A model generated the notes under the pieces. It was not told the DNA's origin and searched no databases. It was given only the letters and a program-made list of their open reading frames with translations. A stretch of 64,000 nucleotides of DNA, from positions 5,505-69,504 of the forward strand of contig JAGXAB010000022.1 of NCBI GenBank assembly GCA_018971775.1. Direction: 5' to 3'. How positions within the stretch are numbered: the stretch's first letter is position 1; the number at the start of each line of letters is the position of its first letter. Made by a program: the position numbers and the translations under genes. This stretch comes from Cyanobacteria bacterium REEB67 (lineage in GTDB: Bacteria; Cyanobacteriota; Vampirovibrionia; Obscuribacterales; Obscuribacteraceae). Positions 61,766 to 64,000 of the stretch are shown piece by piece.

Positions 61766-63268
61766 TTGGGCTTTTGCGCGTCAATTTTCAACAGCTTGCA
61801 GTCCACCGCTTACGTGCGCCTGCTGTCGCTCGCCTTGCTGATCTGCTTTATCGTCACAAGCCTGGCACCTTTGTCCGCCCTCGCCGAGACTGCTGCCGGG
61901 CCTGACACGATCGGTCACCTTCGAGCCGACGTCAGTACGAGTACGATTTCGCTGAGTCGGGCAATCAGCCTTGCTGTGCAAAACTATCCAACACTAAAAC
62001 GTACTCAGGCTGCCGTAAATAAAAATGCGGCAGCTATAAACCTGGCTAAAACCGCTTATCTACCGAGCTTTGATGTACTAGGTCAGGAGCTGCGCACAAC
62101 GACCAATAACATCGCCGGGGCGATATTTCCCCAGGTCTTAAACGTTGTACCCATGCAAACCGGCCCGGCGACGAGCTCGTCCTCCTTCAAAAGTATCTTC
62201 GCCAACGACTATGGTTTCAATCTGTCCTATCTTGTCTACGACGGCGGCTTTCGCAAAGCCAATGTGCAGGTAGCCAGGGCCAAAGAAAGAACAGCCAATG
62301 CCGATATCGACCTGACCCTACTCGATGTCCAGGCTGCCGCCGCCGAAGCTTACCTGGCAGCAGTATCCAATCACGAGGTCATTCAAGCCCAGGCCGCTAC
62401 GGTCGAGCGCATGAAAGCCTACAACCTGATTGTTCACACCCAGGTAAATAGCGGTTTAAGACCCGGTGTCGATGCCGCCCGCGCCGATGCCGATCTGTCT
62501 GCGGCAAAAATTGCTCTCATTGAAGCGGAGCGCGAATTTTCCCTGGCCTCAGTCGATCTGGCCGAATCTTTAGGCCTGGCCGGCAAAGATATTATGGTCG
62601 ACGACCGCCCCTGGATCAAGCAACCGACGCCGGTGGCCGTGCCCCTCCGCATGCCCCCGGAGCAACATCCCCTGGCAATTTTACGATCTAAGCAGGTGGC
62701 TGAGGCACAGGCCCAGGTCAAGTCTACGCAAAAATCCTACCGTCCTAGATTGTGGTTTCACTCCGGTATGTGGGCCCGGGGCAGCGGTTCTAAAATCGAT
62801 GCACGACCGGTGGCCGGCGGCACGATACCGCAAAATGCCAACTACATAGCCGGCTTCGGTCTGGACTTTCCGGTCATGGACTATTTTGCGGTCAAGGCCA
62901 AAACGCGCATGGCCAGGGAAGTTGAAGCCGAAGAAAAAGCACAATACGACCTGGCTATCCAACAACTGATCAAGAAGGACAGCCGGGCCAAAATCCTCTA
63001 TCAAAACGCTTTGAAAATCGCCGAACAAACACCAACTCTGGTCTTGTCGGCCAGAGAAAACGAAGATAAGGCCCTGGAGCGATACCGGGTCGGCCTTTGC
63101 AATATCTTAGAACCGGCCGAAGCCCAGCGTATTTTGCAAAATGCTGCTATGCAAGACGCTGTTGCCCAGGTGCGTGTCTGGCGCGCGCTTTTAGCTATCG
63201 CCTACGCCCAGGGTGATATCAAAACCTTTGTCAATGTGGCAAAAATGGCGGAGGCGGCGACCCGATAA
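61766..63268 (+). CDS. TolC-family outer membrane efflux protein
   Basis: It has a signal peptide (VRLLSLALLICFIVTSLAPLSALA). It has an OEP-type N-terminal motif (LSLSRAISLAVQNYPTLKRTQAAV...AKTAYLPSF) and a two-fold internal repeat. The real start is probably the GTG at about 61814. Confidence 0.75.
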   Translation: MGFCASIFNSLQSTAYVRLLSLALLICFIVTSLAPLSALAETAAGPDTIGHLRADVSTSTISLSRAISLAVQNYPTLKRTQAAVNKNAAAINLAKTAYLPSFDVLGQELRTTTNNIAGAIFPQVLNVVPMQTGPATSSSSFKSIFANDYGFNLSYLVYDGGFRKANVQVARAKERTANADIDLTLLDVQAAAAEAYLAAVSNHEVIQAQAATVERMKAYNLIVHTQVNSGLRPGVDAARADADLSAAKIALIEAEREFSLASVDLAESLGLAGKDIMVDDRPWIKQPTPVAVPLRMPPEQHPLAILRSKQVAEAQAQVKSTQKSYRPRLWFHSGMWARGSGSKIDARPVAGGTIPQNANYIAGFGLDFPVMDYFAVKAKTRMAREVEAEEKAQYDLAIQQLIKKDSRAKILYQNALKIAEQTPTLVLSARENEDKALERYRVGLCNILEPAEAQRILQNAAMQDAVAQVRVWRALLAIAYAQGDIKTFVNVAKMAEAATR

Positions 63269-64000
63269 TGTGGCTTCAAATCGTATCGATGAAGCATCCG
63301 GTGACTGTCATAGTCGCCATCTTAAGCATCATGATGACGGCGATATTTGCCGTCACTTCGATGAAGGAAGACATTTTCCCTGACCTCGACATGCCCGTCA
63401 TCTACGTCGTACAGGGCTTTGGAGGTATGGCACCCGACCAGATGGAAGGTTACATCGTCTCGGCCTACGAAGTACACTTTCTCTACGTGCCGGGAATCGA
63501 CCATATCGAGTCGCAGTCGATTCAAAATATTTCGATGATGAAAATCTTCTTTCACCCCGGCACCAATATGACCGAAGCATTATCGACTACGGTTGCAATG
63601 GTCTCGAGAGCCCGTACCCTAATGCCTCCGGGCATTATCGAACCGTTCGTATTGCGCTTCGACGCTGGATCGCTGCCTGTGGGGCAGCTGGTCCTCGAGA
63701 GCAAAGACGCACCGATCGACAAGTTGCAAGACCTGGCTTTCGTGCGTGTGCGCCCGGACTTGGGCACTATACCCGGTGCAACGGCGCCGCCGCCCTTTGG
63801 CGGCAATGCCCGCACGATCGTCATCAGCGTTAATGCCCAGAAGCTCCGGCAATATAATCTATCCGGCGACGCCGTGGTCCAAGCCCTGGCCACAGGCAAC
63901 GTCATTACACCGGCCGGTAACGTGCGCATCGGCGACTATATGCGCATCACACCGGTCAACACCGACCTGCCGAGCATCCATCAGCTCGATAGCCTGCCTA
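63268..64000 (+). CDS. RND efflux transporter permease (AcrB/CzcA superfamily), N-terminal 244 codons, runs off the window end
   Basis: My hand translation gives MWLQIVSMKHPVTVIVAILSIMMTAIFAVTSMKEDIFPDLDMPVIYVVQGFGGMAPDQMEGYIV...GNARTIVISVNAQKLRQYNLS. The ATG overlaps the TolC stop (TAATG). Confidence 0.85.
   Translation, partial: MWLQIVSMKHPVTVIVAILSIMMTAIFAVTSMKEDIFPDLDMPVIYVVQGFGGMAPDQMEGYIVSAYEVHFLYVPGIDHIESQSIQNISMMKIFFHPGTNMTEALSTTVAMVSRARTLMPPGIIEPFVLRFDAGSLPVGQLVLESKDAPIDKLQDLAFVRVRPDLGTIPGATAPPPFGGNARTIVISVNAQKLRQYNLSGDAVVQALATGNVITPAGNVRIGDYMRITPVNTDLPSIHQLDSLP

Overview
This is a 64-kb chromosomal segment from an unidentified bacterium. My spot counts of single 60-nt lines give about 60% GC in core genes and about 45-47% GC in two apparent islands. 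I did no whole-window computation. I support about 55 protein genes, and I recognised no rRNA, tRNA, CRISPR array, transposase or integrase by eye.

Recognisable core genes:
- Cell wall: a murC-murB-ddl operon and uppP.
- Translation: rpsT and rsmI.
- Metabolism: hutU, aspartate kinase, thymidine/pyrimidine-nucleoside phosphorylase, an MqnA-like futalosine-pathway protein, msrB, a Zn-alcohol dehydrogenase, a methylmalonyl-CoA-mutase large subunit and a POT peptide transporter.
- Envelope and stress: HtrA.

Accessory content:
- A RES/Xre toxin-antitoxin pair.
- The four-gene ligase-associated DNA-damage-response operon (MBL exonuclease, ATP-dependent ligase, Lhr-like DEXH helicase, PdeM).
- An arsD-arsA pair next to a DUF488 remnant.
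- TolC plus the start of an RND pump.
- An SLH-domain envelope protein, a 928-aa LRR protein, and several TPR or secreted hypothetical proteins.

The most interesting candidate is a six-gene minus-strand array at 25658-31937. It runs msrB, a REC-Hpt-REC-REC-GGDEF cyclase, CheY, a DUF62-like protein, a multi-repeat protein, then an exported patatin phospholipase. The multi-repeat protein carries a near-textbook tandem 24-residue MshEN c-di-GMP-binding motif with a 5-residue spacer.

Other notable points:
- The Lhr-like helicase has no canonical start codon upstream of its Walker A motif. It has a Shine-Dalgarno sequence followed by ATT.
- A caspase-fold protein lacks the His/Cys dyad and is fused to a TonB C-terminal domain.
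- A single-chain protease carries two DTG retropepsin domains.
- A 4 x 23-bp tandem repeat duplicates a gene's 3' end.
- A protein-kinase C-terminal remnant abuts the adh stop codon.

All family assignments rest on motifs read by eye. None has been checked against a database.
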